A stretch of 64,000 nt of DNA from Paraspadella gotoi (Eukaryota > Animalia > Chaetognatha): assembly GCA_051294375.1 (NCBI GenBank), contig CM119265.1:403305-467304 (forward strand), read 5' to 3'. The notes below the pieces were generated by a model. It ran no database searches, was not told the DNA's origin, and worked only from the letters and a program-made list of their open reading frames with translations. The stretch's first letter is position 1, and every line of letters starts with the position of its first letter. Both the position numbers and the translations under genes were made by a program. Positions 32,394-46,714 of the stretch are shown piece by piece.

Positions 32394-33241
32394 TAACCCT
32401 AACCCTAACCCTAACCTAACCCTAACCCTAACCTCTAACCCTAACTATCCTAACCCTAACCCTAACCCTAACCCTAACCTCCCCTAACCTAACCCTAACC
32501 CTAACCCTAACCCTAAAACCCTAACCCTAAACCCTAACCCTAACCTAACCTAACCTAACCAACCTAACCCTAACCCTAACCCTAACCCTAACCTAACCTA
32601 ACCTAACCTAACCCTAACCCTAACTAACCCTAACCCTAACCCTAACCTAACCCTAACCCTAACGCCTAACCCTAACCCTAACCCTAACCTAACCCTAACC
32701 CAACCCTCAACCCTAACAACCCTAACCCTAAACCCTAACCCCTAACCCTAACCCTAACCCTAACCCTAACCCTATAACGCCTAACCCAACCTAACCCTAA
32801 CCCTAACGCACAACCCTCTAACCCTAACCCATAACCCTAACCCAAACCAGCATATGAACTATCTATACCTTGATTATTTTACCTTAAGTCATACTTTCTA
32901 AAACCTAACGTTTAAAACATTACCTAATCTGAAGACTATCCAAAATAAACCGCTCGTTCGAACGCATACACGCACTGCGCAATCTACCCATACACACTCT
33001 AAAGTCCCGTTTCGACCCTAAATCGCCTAACGTCCTTGAACCCCTGCAACCCTAACGTCAAACCTTCGACTAACTCAAGGTGTTCCGCATATCTACAACC
33101 CTAACCCTAACCTAACCTTCGTAACCCTAACCCTAACCCTACACCCCTAACCCCTAACCTCTAACCTAACCCTAAACCTAACCTAACCCTAACCCTAACC
33201 ACCTAACCTAACCCTAACCCTAACCCTAACCCTAACCAACC

Positions 33242-33279
<38 letters not shown>

Positions 33280-33720
33280 AACCTAACCTAACCCTAACCC
33301 TAACTCTAACCCACCTAACCCTAACCCTAACCCTAACCTAACCCTAACCCTAACCCTAACCCCTAACCTAAACCTAACCCTAACCCTAACCCTAACCCTA
33401 ACCCTAACCCTAACCTAACCCTAACCCTAACCTTAACCCTAACCCTAACCCTAACGCCTAACCTAACCACTAACCTAACCAACCCTAACCCTAACCCTAA
33501 CCCTAACCTCGTAACCTACCCCTAACCCTAAGCCCTACCTAACCCTAACCCCTAACCCTAACCCTAACCCTCCTAACCTAACCTAACGCCTAACCCTAAC
33601 CCTAACCCTAAACCTACCTACCTTACCCTAACCCTAACCCTTAACCCTAACGCCTGAACGCCGTAAAACACCATAACCCTAACGCCTAACGCCTAACCCT
33701 ATCCGCTGAACCCTAACCAG

Positions 33721-33751
<31 letters not shown>

Positions 33752-34101
33752 TAACGACTAACCCTAACCCTAACCTATACCCTAACCCTAAACCCTAACC
33801 CCTGAACCCTAACCTAACGCCTAACCTAACCCTAACCCTACCCTAGCCGCTAAACCCTAACCTAACCCTAACCTAACCCTAACTAACTATCACACCTAAC
33901 CTAAACCCAACCCTACCCTAACCCTAACCTAAACGCCTAACCCTAACTACCTAACCCTAGACCTAACCTAACCCTAACCTAACCCTAAACCTAACCCTAC
34001 TAACCTAACCCATAACCCTAACCTAACCCTAACCCTAACCTAACCCTACACCTAACCCTAACCCTAACCTAACCTTAACTAACCCCTAACCCTAACCCTG
34101 C

Positions 34102-34132
<31 letters not shown>

Positions 34133-36246
34133 GACGCCTAACCATAACCCTAAACCTAACCCTAACACCTAACCTAACACCAACCCTAAAGGACCCTAAC
34201 CTAACCGCTAACCCTAACCCTAACCCTACCCTAACCCTAACCTAACCCTAACCTAACCCTAACCCTAGAACCCTAACCCTAACCTAACTAACCCTACGCC
34301 TAACCTAACCCTAACGCCTAACCCTAACGCCTAACCCTAACCCTAACCCTAACCCTAACCTAACCCTAACCCTAACCCTAACCCTAACGCCTAACCCTAA
34401 CCTAGACACCTAACCCTAACCCTACCTAACCCTAACCCTAACCCTAACCCTAACCCTATACCCTAACCCTAACCTAAACCTAAACCTAACCCTACCTAAC
34501 CTAACCCTAACCCTAACCCTAACCCTAACCGCTACGCCTAACCCTAAACCTAACCTAACCTAACCCTCACGCTAACCTAACCTAACCTAACACTCCTAAC
34601 CGCTACCCTAAACCCTAACCCTAACCCTAAACCCTAAACCCTAACCTAACCTAACGCTACCCTAACCCTAACCTAACCTAACCTAAGCCCTAACCTAACC
34701 TTAAACCTACCCTAAGCCTAACCCTAAACCCTAACCTACCTAACCGCCCTAAACCCCTAGACATAACCCTAACCTAACCCTAACTCCTAACCCTCAACTA
34801 ACCCTAACTAACCCTAACCCTAACCTAACTCTGAACCCTAAACGCCTAACCCTGAACACCTAACCTAGTATAGACCCTAACCCCTACCCTAACCCGTAAC
34901 TAACCTAACCCTAACCCTAACCTAAGCTAACGCACTAGCCCTAACCTAACCTAACCTAACCTAACCTAGACCCTACCGCCAACCCTAAACCCTAACGCCT
35001 AACCTAACCGCTAACCTAACTAGACCTACCCTAACCCCTAACCCTGACACCTATACCCTAACCGCTAACCTAACCCTAACCTTAGATATAGTGACCCTAT
35101 AACACCGTAGAGAACCCTAAGCCTACCTCAACATCTAACCTAACCCTAACCTTAACCACCCTAAACCCGCTAACCCTAACCTAACCCTAACGCTAAACCT
35201 ACCCTACCCTAACCCTAACCCTAACCCTAGAACCCTAACCTCAACTCCTAACCCTAACCCCTAACCCTAACCCTGAACCCTAACCCTAGACCCTAACCTA
35301 ACCCTAACCCTTACCCTAATCCCTAACCTAACCCTAAACCCGTAACCTAACCCTAACCCTAACCCTAACCTTAACCCTAACCCTAACCCTAACCCTAACC
35401 CTAACCCTAACCTCACTACACCCTAACTACCCTAACCTAACCCTAACCCTAACGGCCTCAACCTAACCTAACCCTAAACCCTAACCCTAACCCTAACCCT
35501 AACCCTAACCTAGACCCTAAACCCTGAACACCTCACCCCTAACCACCTAACCCAACCTAACCCTAACCTCTAACCACTAACCCTCACCCTACAAACCCTC
35601 ACCGTACCTACCACCTACACGCCTAACCCTAACCCTAACCCTAACCCTACCCTAACCTATACCCCTAACCCTACCCTACCCTCAACCTCACTAACCCTAA
35701 CCCTAACCCTACACCCTAACAACCTAACCTCTAACCCTAACCCTAACCCTAACCCTAACCCTAACCCTAACCCTAACCCCTAACCCTAACCCTAACCCTA
35801 ACTCCTAACCCTAACCAACCCTAACCCTACCTAACCGCTAACCTAACCCTAAACCTACCCTAACCTAACCGCTAACCCTAACCTAACCCTAACCCTAACC
35901 TACCCTAACCCTAACCCTAACCCTAACCCTGAACCCTAACCCTAACCCTAACCTAACCACTAAACCTAACCTAACCCTAACCCTAACCCTAACCTAACCC
36001 TAACTCCTAACCACTAACCTAACCTAACCCTAACCCTAACCCTAACCCTAACCCTAACCTAACCCTAACCCTACCCTAACCCTACCCTAACCCTAACCTA
36101 ACCCTAACCCTAACCTAACCCTAACCGCTAACCCTAAACCACCCTAACCCTAACCCTATAACCCTAACCCTAACCTACCTAACCCCCCCGAACCCTAAAC
36201 CCACCCTAACCTAACCCTAACCCTAACCCTAAACCTAACCTAACCC

Positions 36247-36279
<33 letters not shown>

Positions 36280-38582
36280 TAACACCTAACCCTAACCCTA
36301 ACCCAACCCTAACCTAACCCTAACCACTAACCCTAACGCCTAACCCTAACTTTTGATCCCTTTAACTTAACTCTCCTAACCCTACCCTATTACCTAACCC
36401 CTAACCTAACCTAACCCAACCTAAACCCTACACCCTATCCTTATTTATTTTTTTTCCCTAAACCTAACCCTAACCCTAACCCTAACCCTAACCCTAACCT
36501 AATCCTAACCCTAACCCTTATTTTTTTTATTCCCTTTACTTTTCTCTATAACTCCTAACTCTCTTATATTCTCTCATTTTATTCCTTTTCAACCCCTAAC
36601 CACACCCTAACCCTCTATTTTTTTTTTTTACTTCTTTAATTTCCTCCTTTAATCCTCTTTTTTTTTTATTTTTTATTCTGCGGTAGTTGTGGTAGCCCTA
36701 ATCCGCTGAACGCGCGGAGTTAACCTAACCAGTAACCCTAACCTAACCCCTAACCAACCTAACCCTAAACATTTCGCTAACTCCGTTGTAGGACCGGTAA
36801 CGGGGGCCTAACGCGCTAACGCGTAACCCTAAACCCTACCCTAACCCACTAACCCCTAACCCTAACCCTAGATAACCTACCCGTAAACCCTAACCCTAAC
36901 CCTCTACAACCCTAACTCCTACCGTAAAGCCCAACCTAACCCTAACGCCTAACAACCTAACCCAACCCGTACCTACTAACACCCTGAATCTACCCGTAAC
37001 CCTAAACCCGTAACCCTACCCTCGACGCTACTAACTATACCCTAACCGCTAACCGTAACTAACGCCTAACCCTAACCCTAACCCTAACCCGTAACCTTAA
37101 ACCGTAACCCTAACCCTGGAACCCTGAGGAGCCCTAGACACCTAAACCCTAACCCTAAGACCAAGCCCTAACCCGTAACTACGCCTGAACCCTAGACCCT
37201 ACACAACCTAACCCTAACCCTAACCCTAACCGCTAACCCTAACCCTAACCTACCCAGCCTAAACCGTAACCCTAACCCCTAACGGCCTAAGCCCTAAACA
37301 CCATAGACCCGTAACCCTAACCCTAACCCTATACCTAACCCTAACCCTAACCCTAACACCTAACCCCTACCCTAACCCTAACCCTAACGCCTAACCCTAA
37401 CCTAACCCTAACCCTAACCCTAACCTAACCCTAACCCTAACCCTAACCCCTAACCCTAACCTAACCTAACCTGAACCCAACCCTAACCCTAACCCTAACT
37501 CCTAACCCTAACCCTAACCTAACCCTAACCCTAACCCTAACCCTAACCTAACCCTAACCTAACCCCTAACCTAACCCTAACGCCTAACCCTAACCTAACA
37601 CCCAACAACCCTAAACCCTAACCCTAACCTTAACCCTAACCCTAACCAACCCTAACCCTAACCCTAACCCTAACCCTAACCCTAACCTAACCCTAACCTA
37701 ACCCTAACCTAACCCTAACCCTAACCCTAACCCTAACCCTAACCCTAACCCTAACCCTAACCCTAACACCCAACCCTAACCCTTAACCCTAACCTAACTA
37801 ACCCTAACCCTAACCCTATACCTAACCTAACCTACCCTAACCCTAACCCTAACCTAACCCTAACCCTAACCTAACCCTACCCTAACCCACTAACCCTAAC
37901 CCTAACCCTAACCCTAACCCTAACCTAAACCCTAACCCTAACCCTAACCCTAACCCTAACCCTAACCCTAACCCTAACCTAACCCTAACCTCTAACCCTA
38001 ACCCTAACCCTAACCACCTAACCTACTAACCTAACCTCCACGATAACCCTAACCCTAAACCCTAACCCTAACCTAACTACACCACTAACCCTAAAACCCT
38101 AACCCTAAACCTCTAACCCTAACCTACTAACCCTAACCCTAACAGCCCTAACCTAACCCTAACCCTAACCCTAACCACCTAACTCCTAACCCTAACTCCT
38201 AACCCTTACTAACCCAGGACCCTACCCTAGACCCTAACCCTAACCTAACACCTAAAACACCTAACCTAACCTAACCCTAACCCTAACCTAGACCTAGACC
38301 CTAACCTAACCTAACCCTAACGCAAGACTAACCCTACCCTAACCCTAAACCCTAACCCTATAACCCTAAACCCTAACCCTAACCTAACCTAACCCTAACG
38401 CCTAACCCTAAACCACTAAACCTACCCGCTAACCTAGACCCTCAAACGCCTAAACCTCGAACGCCTAAACCCTAACCCTAAACCCTAACCCTAACGAACC
38501 TACCCTCACCCCTAACCCTAAACACCTAACCCTAACCTAACCCTAACACTAAACCCTAACTAACCCTAACCTACCCTAACCA

Positions 38583-38614
<32 letters not shown>

Positions 38615-40766
38615 TAACACCTAACCCTACCTAACCTAACCCTAACCCTAACACCTAACCCTAACGCCTAAACCTAACCCTAAAACCCTAGACCCTAACC
38701 CTAACTAACCTAACCCTAACCCTAACCTAACCTAACCTAACCAACCCTACCCTAACCTAAACCTCAATCCTACCCTAACCCTAAACCTAAGCCTAAACCC
38801 TAACCCTAACCTAACCCTAACCACACCTAAACTAACCCTACCTAACCCTAACGCTACCCTCAACCCATACCTAACCCTAACCTAACCCTAACCCTAACCA
38901 TAACCCCTAACCCTAACCCAACACCTAACCCTAACCTAACCCTAACCCTAACCCTAACTAAACCTAAAAACCTAACCCTAACCCTAGACCATCTCACAAC
39001 CTACCCTAACCCTAACCTAACCCTAACCCTACCTAACCTAACCTAGACACCTAACCTAACCCTAACCCTAACCCTAACCCTAACCCTAACCTAACCTAAC
39101 CCTAACCCAAACCTAACTGAACCCTAACCTAGGGCCCTAACCCCTAACCCTAACCCTAACCTAACCCTAACCCTAACCCTATACCCTAACCTACACCAAC
39201 CTAACCCTAACCCCTAACACCTAACCTAAACCCTAACCCTAACCCCTAACCATAACCTAACCCTACCCTAACCCTAACCCTAACCCTAACCTAACACCTA
39301 ACCTAACCCTAACTAACCACTACCCTAACCTATACCCGTAACCTACCCAACGCCTTAACGGCTAACGCCTACACCTAACCCAACGCCTAAACCTAACCCT
39401 AACCCTAACCCTAAACCTAACCTAACCCTAACCCTAACCGCTAACCCTAAACACCTAACTAAGCCTAACCCTAACCCTAACCCTACCCTAACGCCAACCC
39501 TAACCTAACGCCTACCCCCCCCTAGACCCTAACCCCCCCCTAACCTAACCCTAACCTAACCCTAACCCTAACCCTAACCTAAACCCTAACCCTAATAACC
39601 CTAAACCTAACCCTAACCTAAACCCTAAACCTCACCTAACCCTAACCCTAACCCTACCCTACTAACCCTAACCCTAACCTAACCCTAACCCTAACCTAAC
39701 ACTAACCCTACTCAACCCTAACCCTACTAACCTAACCCTAACCCTGAAAACCCTGAACCCTACTAACCCTAACCTAAGCAACCCTAACCCTAACCCCTAA
39801 CCCTACCCTAATAACCCCTAAACCCTAACCCTAACCCTAACCCTACCCTAACCCTAACCCTACACCCCTAACCCTACCTAACCCAACCGACCCTAACCCT
39901 AACCCTAACCCTACCCTAACCCTACCCCTAACCCTAACCCTAAACCTAACCAGTAAACCCACTAACCCTTAACACCTAACCCTAACCCAACCTAACCCTA
40001 ACCTAACCCTAACCCCAACACCTAACCACACCTAACCCTAACCCTAACCCTAACCTAACCCTAACCCTGAACCTAACCCTAACCCTAACTAACCCTAAAC
40101 CCTAACCCAACCCTAACCACTAACCCTAACCCTAAACCCTAACCCTAACTAACCCCTAACGCTAACCTACACCCCTACCTAACCCTAACCTAAACCTACC
40201 TAACCCTAACCCTAACTCACCTAAACCGCTAACCTAAACCCCTAACCCTACCCTAACCCTAACCTAACCCTAACCCTAAACCCTAACCTAACCCTAACCT
40301 AACCTAACCCTAACCCTAACCCTAACCACTAACCTAACCCTAACCACTAACCCAACCTAACCCTAACCTAACAACCCTAACCCCTACGACAGCTACACCC
40401 TAACCCTAAACCCTACCCCTAACCCTAACCTAAACCCTAACCCCTAACCATACTACCTAACCTAACCCTAACCCTAACCCTAACCCTAACCCTACCCCTA
40501 CCCGCCTAACCCTAACCCTAACTAAACCTAAACCCTAACCCTAACCCTAACCCTAACCTAACCCTAACCCTAACCCTAACCCTAACCTAACCCTAACCTA
40601 ACCCCTAACCTAACCGCTAACCCTAACCCTAACCTAACCCCCTAACCCTAACCCTACCTACCTAACCTTAACCTAACTAACCCTAACCTACCCTACACCT
40701 AAACCTAATAACCCTAACCTAACCCTAACCCTAACCTAACCTCCTAACCCTAACCCCCCTAACCAA

Positions 40767-40802
<36 letters not shown>

Positions 40803-42292
40803 CCACCCTAACCCTAAACCCTAACCTAACCTAACCCTAGACCCTAAACCCTACACCCCTAACCCTAACCCTAACCCTAACCTAACCCTAACCTAACCCT
40901 ACCTAACCCTAACCTCCGCTAACCCTAACCCTAACCGCTAAAACTAACCCTAACCCTAGAACCCTAACGCCTTAACCTAACCCTAACCCTAAACTAACCC
41001 TAACCTAACCCTAACACGTAACCCTAACGCCTGAACCAACCTAACCCTACCCTAACCCTAACCTAAACCCTAACCCTAACCTAACCCTAATCACCTACCT
41101 AACCCTAACGACTAACCTAAACCCTAACCTAACCCTAACCCTAGAACCCTAACCCGTAACCCTAACCCTAACCTAAACCTAAACCCTAACCTAACTCCTA
41201 ACCCTAACTCCTACCTCACTAACCTAACCCTAACCTAACCCTAACACTAAACCATGAACCTACACCTAACCCTAACCCTACCCTCACACACTAACCCTAA
41301 AACCCTAAGACCCTAACCCTAACCCTAAACCCTAACCTAAACACGCTAACCCCTACCCTAACTCCTAACCCTAACCCACACTAAACCCTAACCTCACAAG
41401 CCTAAACCCAACCCTAACCTAACCCACCCTAACCCTAACCATAACCCTTAACCCTAACCTAACCCTAACCCAAACCCTAGACCACCCCAACTACCTAAAC
41501 CCTAACCTAACCCTAACCCTTACACACAGCCTAACCCTAACCCCTTAACCCTGAACCTAACTCCTAACCTAACGCCTACCCTAACCCTAACACTAACCCT
41601 AACCCTAACCGGGTAAAACCCTAACCTAAACCCTAAACCTAACCCCTAACCCTAACCCTAACCTAACCTAACCCTAACCTACAACCTGAACCTAACCTTC
41701 CCTAACCAACCCTAACCCCTACCTAACCCTAGACCAACCTAACCTACCTATACCCTACACCCTAACTAACCTAACCCTAACATAACCCTAACACCTAACC
41801 CCTAACCGCTAACCCTAAACCCTCTAACCTAACCTAACCTAACCCTAACCCTAAACCCTACACCCTAACCACACCTATGAACCCTAACCCCTAACCCCTA
41901 AACCCTAAACGCTAACCCTAACCCTAACCATAAACCCTATAACTAAACCTAACACTAACTAACCCTAACTCCTAACCCCCTAACCTAACACCCTAACCCT
42001 AACCCTAACCCTAACCCTAAACCTAAACCCATAACCCAACCAACTAACCCTAACGCCTACCTAAACCCTAAACTCCCTAAACCCTAACTAACCCTAAACC
42101 CTAACCCTAACCCTAACCCCTAACCCTGAACCCTAACCCTAACTAACCCTAACCCTAACCCTAACAGCTAACCCTTAACCTAACGCCTAACCCTAACCCT
42201 AACCCTACCCTAACCCTTACCCTAACCTAACCCTAACCCTAACCCTAACCCCTAACCTAACCTACGTGGCCCTAACCCTAACCCCTAAACCC
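32124..42292 (+). repeat. ~10-kb telomeric (CCCTAA)n / (TTAGGG)n tract
   Basis: Direct reading; frequent indel variants typical of unpolished long reads; interruptions at ~32846-33097 and ~36350-36820. Confidence 0.98.
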
Positions 42293-44202
42293 AACAATCA
42301 CAATAACAAAAAACAACAAAATTCCCAACTGTTTGACCTAATCAACTGCAGAAACGAACCGGTCCTGATCCATCTTCCTCATCAGCCCTCGGCGGTGGTT
42401 CTGACAGTTGATATGCGCCGTCATTAATGTATTTATTGTAAATATTTTTGAATTTTGAATTTTTGTGGTTTTCGTTTTTAATTTAAAAGCATTGTTATTA
42501 TTTGAGAACGAATTGAAACGAAGAGTCGAGTCAAAGTCAGTCAATTTTAGAATTTTAAGAGTTACCCCCATCCTAATAGTAATTTTAGTGTAATTTTTAA
42601 ACAATACACATACTTCAACACATTCATTGCGACAACAATTATGATAGTTGAAATATTAATTTTAAACCCATATATTCCAACACAGCAGGGGATGTAGCCA
42701 CTCGATTAGAATCAATCTCCAATGTATTATAATCAGAATAGAATCTGGTCCGGCCAGGAATTACGATCCTGGTTAATCAGAGCTCTGGGACGCTTATTTG
42801 CTTTATCAGCCGTTGCCTATCCAGACGGCTGAGAACTTAGCTTTAAATTCTTGTAAGCTAATAATTTTAAAAATCTAAAAGAATCTTTTTGTTTTCATCG
42901 ACTTCAAAAGTCAGAGCAACTCGAGGATGAATCTTTGAAGAATAATTTTTGTTACTGATTGAAAACTGATTGTTTATTTATGATTGTTTTAGGTCATTTA
43001 ACCTCTCCACGCGATACATTAAAACTAATGTCAAACTTATTCCACTCTTGTTTTGAGTAATTTTAAAACTTTTTGAAAAATATTTTGAATTGCTTTAATA
43101 GAACATAGTTTATATATGATAGAAAACATTTTCTATATGATACAACATATTTTTTTATGAATTCCTAACTATTAAAATAGTTGACAGTTTCGGTAAAAAT
43201 AAAACCTGGTTAAACCAGTAACATCAATGGTCACAAAATCTTCTAATTATTTTGTAGTTATTTCTTATATATAATAAAATTATTATTGGTGACTGACAAA
43301 GTGAATTAGAAAAAATATTTATGTCATTAAGCATAGATAAAAACCTGAGCAAACAAACAAAAATGCCCCCCCCGGCTCCCTAATGATAAACCTATGTCAT
43401 GTAATTAAAGATAAAGTAAAACCGATCTATATTATCAATTATAATTAAAAACTTATATAAAATACTTGTCTTTTTCATCAAAATGATGAATACGTAAATT
43501 TACATCAATAAATGCTTAAAAATTAAATACGACAAAAAGGCATAAGAATTTTAAACGGATAAAGTGGAAAGGTGAGAAACAGCTTCAAGATCTTATTTGA
43601 CAAATTAGAATTATGTACATTTAGTAAGGGAACTGTATCTATTTAAATTAAACGTCATGTTTTTATCTAAAGCGCGTCAAAAGATGTAAGCATAGAAAAA
43701 GATAGGTTTGGATTGGAAAGTTGTTTTTCTCGGTATAAGCCCTTCAGATCGCTTTTTCTTGAACCCTTCTTTTAAAATTAGATTACCAGCTACTGAGACA
43801 GGATTTTTTCTTGGAGGCATGTGGCACCGTGCGGCCCCGAATCTCTGGGAGGAGGATGAAGAGGAGGTGAATTAGAAGGAAAGCGGTAATAGACCAACGT
43901 CGGTCTATCTCCTTTTATTCTGATATAAACAGGTTTTTTAGATTTTTATGGTTGAAAACAGGTTTAAATTCTTTGTTCAAGCTATATTTTATTTAGAAAA
44001 GTCAATGTAACCAGATTTCTTAGATATCACATTTTGTTATTTTTATATAATTTATTTTAATCTAATTGCTTTATAAAATCCATAGAACAGAAAAATTGAG
44101 AAAGCAAATTTTTTTATTTTAATCCTGGGGTGTAGTATTATATCAAGTTCAAAAAATTAAGGGGGCATAAGAGGTCATATATCCTATTTTGTATTTATGC
44201 TA

Positions 44203-44453
44203 CGCGCTAATAAGCATGTCACCTTCAGTCATAACCCGGTGGCTCATTGAGTAAAGCCATCAGCGCATGACTACGAGGTACCGGATTCAATCCCAACCCG
44301 GTATCTCCCCTGAGGGAAGCCTGAGGACGTCCAGAAGCCCCTTTGGGTTCTGGAAAACCTTCAAGCCTGGTTCCAAGCCCAGGACCCGTTCCATGGCTGC
44401 TAGAGGGGTTAAGGAAGTTTTGGATAGCACTCTTTAGTCCACTTCGCGCCTTC
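44203..44453 (+). mobile_element. tRNA-derived SINE-like cassette homologous (inverted) to the TRIM LTR; duplicate at 49507-49757
   Basis: A-box TGGCTCATTGAG 44240-44251, B-box GGATTCAATCC 44283-44293; the reverse complement aligns along ~250 bp with both TRIM LTRs. Confidence 0.72.
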
Positions 44454-44754
44454 AATATTTTCGGTCATTCAATTAAATCATTTCAGAACATCCAATTATG
44501 CAAAAAAATGATTTGTCTGTCTCTCTGTCCGTCCGTCCAGCTGTAAAACTAAATGGTTGGCTTATTGCAATGCCCGACTACAGATTACCTCCAAATTATC
44601 GTGAGCAGATCCACAGAGCGGGCATTGCTTGAAGTTTAATCAATCTACTTTAAATTTCTAAAACGGAAGCTTTATTCAAACTCTTAACCAGATCCAACTT
44701 ATACGTTTTAACTGAAAACTTAATCACCTTATATACTTAGTTTTAAAACTTCCT

Positions 44755-45005
44755 TTCCCATTCCATCCTATACCTTTCTATCATATCCCATTCTATCCTA
44801 TCCCATTCTATCCTATCCCATCCCATTCTATCCTATGCCTTTCTATGTTATTCCTTTTTATCTTATCCCACTCTGTCTTATTCCATTCTATCCTATCCCA
44901 TCCTATCCTATCCCGTTTTATCCTATCCCATTCTATCCTATCTCATCGATCTTATTCCCTGATCTCTAAGTTTGCTTCCCCTTCCCAATTCTATTCTATC
45001 TCATT
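44755..45005 (+). repeat. Pentamer-type (ATCCC/ATTCT/ATCCT)n microsatellite; duplicate at ~50060-50295
   Basis: Direct reading. Confidence 0.85.
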
Positions 45006-45284
45006 TCTAACTAAAAGGTTTTTTGGAAAATATAGTAAATATGAGTAATTTCAAATTTAATTAAAATTAATTAAAAAATCAAAAATACCTTAACTTTGTC
45101 TAAACATTTTTATTGACTTAAAAAGAAAAGTTTTACTATATATTAATTTAAATACAAAATAATATTTTTCTTCATTGGTTTTAGTTTCATCCAACAGAAG
45201 AAATGATTCCTGGTAGAATAGTTTGGATGATTATTCTTAAACCGAAATCTCCAACATCTGAAAAAAATGAGTATTTAATGCAAT

Positions 45285-45885
45285 AAACAAGTTTAAGCAA
45301 ACAATGCCGGATCTGCCCACGATCATTAGCGGTAAGAAGCTGATCAGATAATTAATTTATTCATGTCAAAATCGTTTTCCACTTTGTCTCGCCTCTCAAT
45401 CACAAAACAACAATCTCGATCACAAAATTTAATTAATTAATTAATTAACTAATTAATTATTTAATTAATTGTAATTATTAATAATAATTAATGCAGCTTG
45501 AATTTACATTTAATATAAAAAATAAAAAAGCATAATCAAATGGTGAAATAGATTGTTTGTTTTTTCCTTTATTTCCAGCTCAGTCACACACTTCCTACCA
45601 CACACACACAATTTCATTCCAATTCATCCATCATATCACGAATAATGGTTGGTTTGTTGCTAAGGTGGGACGGACAAACAAACTGACAGACATACAGACA
45701 GACAGACAGACGGACAGACTTTTTTTTTTGCATAATTTATCATAATTCAATATTCTGATATGATATATGTGAATCGCCCAACAAAGATTGAGAGTGGGCG
45801 GACCGATACGGGACCAGCATCAACTGCGAACCTTATAGACGCCTAGAAAGTATTCTGCCCTCTCGCGCAAGCGAGATCCCGGCTA
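45285..45885 (-). mobile_element. DINE-1/HINE-like non-autonomous Helentron-associated element
   Basis: Copy of 50576-51150 within the duplication. Confidence 0.6.
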
Positions 45886-46252
45886 TACAATTTTATTCTA
45901 GCGAGAGAAACTAGCTAATCAAATCACAAAGAAAACTAGATCTTTGTAGGTCACTCTTTAATTTTGCTGTTTTAATACATTTCATTCATCATAAATAAAA
46001 AAGTGACAAATTGCATTTTAATTAAAGTTATATAATTGAAAGTTAATGAACATACAATATTAAACATCAACCCAAACAACTGAATGTATTGGATTTTTCA
46101 ATTGATTTATTAAACAATATGTGTTTTTTATTTTTAATAACATAAATAAACTAAATTTTAAAGTTTCCAATTTATTTATATCAATTGTTTAGGAAATAGT
46201 TTGTGTTAATTTCCTTTCGTTTTGTTGTTTATGTAGATTTAGAGAAAACTTT

Positions 46253-46317
46253 ATCTCTCTCTCTCTTTTTTTCTCTCTCATTGTCTCTCTCTCTCTCTCT
46301 CTCTCTCTCAATCTCTC

Positions 46318-46352
<35 letters not shown>
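46253..46352 (+). repeat. (CT)n microsatellite; duplicate at ~51484-51575
   Basis: Direct reading. Confidence 0.9.
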
Positions 46353-46356
<4 letters not shown>

Positions 46357-46614
46357 CAATGTTAAGAGAAGAAATTGTCTGATTTTTCAAACGCTGATGA
46401 AGGCTTAGACATAAAACAAATCAACTTTGTTTTCTCTAAAAAGGAAATAGTTTGAAATAAAAAAAATTGTATTTGTTTACAAACAACGACTTTTTTTAAG
46501 AAACAAATAACAAAAATGTTTCGAATTGTTTGAAAGAAGAAAAGAAAGAAAGAAAATATTGATACAATTGTTTATGAAAAATCACATTCAACAATTCTCA
46601 CTATAAATACTAAT

Positions 46615-46714
46615 AATTATGGGTTTAACTTATTTATGGATTTAACTTATTTAATTATGGATTTAACCTATTTAATTATGGATTTAACTTATTTAATTAT
46701 GGATTTAACTTATT
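46615..46714 (+). repeat. 21-bp minisatellite (ATGGATTTAACTTATTTAATT), ~4.5 copies; duplicate at ~51840-51930
   Basis: Direct reading. Confidence 0.8.

Noticed and set aside
33100-42292. Variant telomeric repeats (CCTAA, CGCCTAA, CCCTAGA) and the T-rich patch at 36350-36820
   Set aside because: They cannot be told apart from long-read indel errors, and no stable higher-order pattern is visible.
44320-44360. Hammerhead ribozyme (CTGAGGA...hairpin...GAAA)
   Set aside because: Stem II does not close correctly on the core, stems I and III were not found, and the TRIM homologues read GTGAGGA.
44395-44420. Telomerase RNA template in the Pol III cassette (reverse complement TTAACCCCT)
   Set aside because: It is not a 1.5-repeat CTAACCCTAA match, it is on the strand opposite to the Pol III boxes, and it is not conserved in the TRIM.
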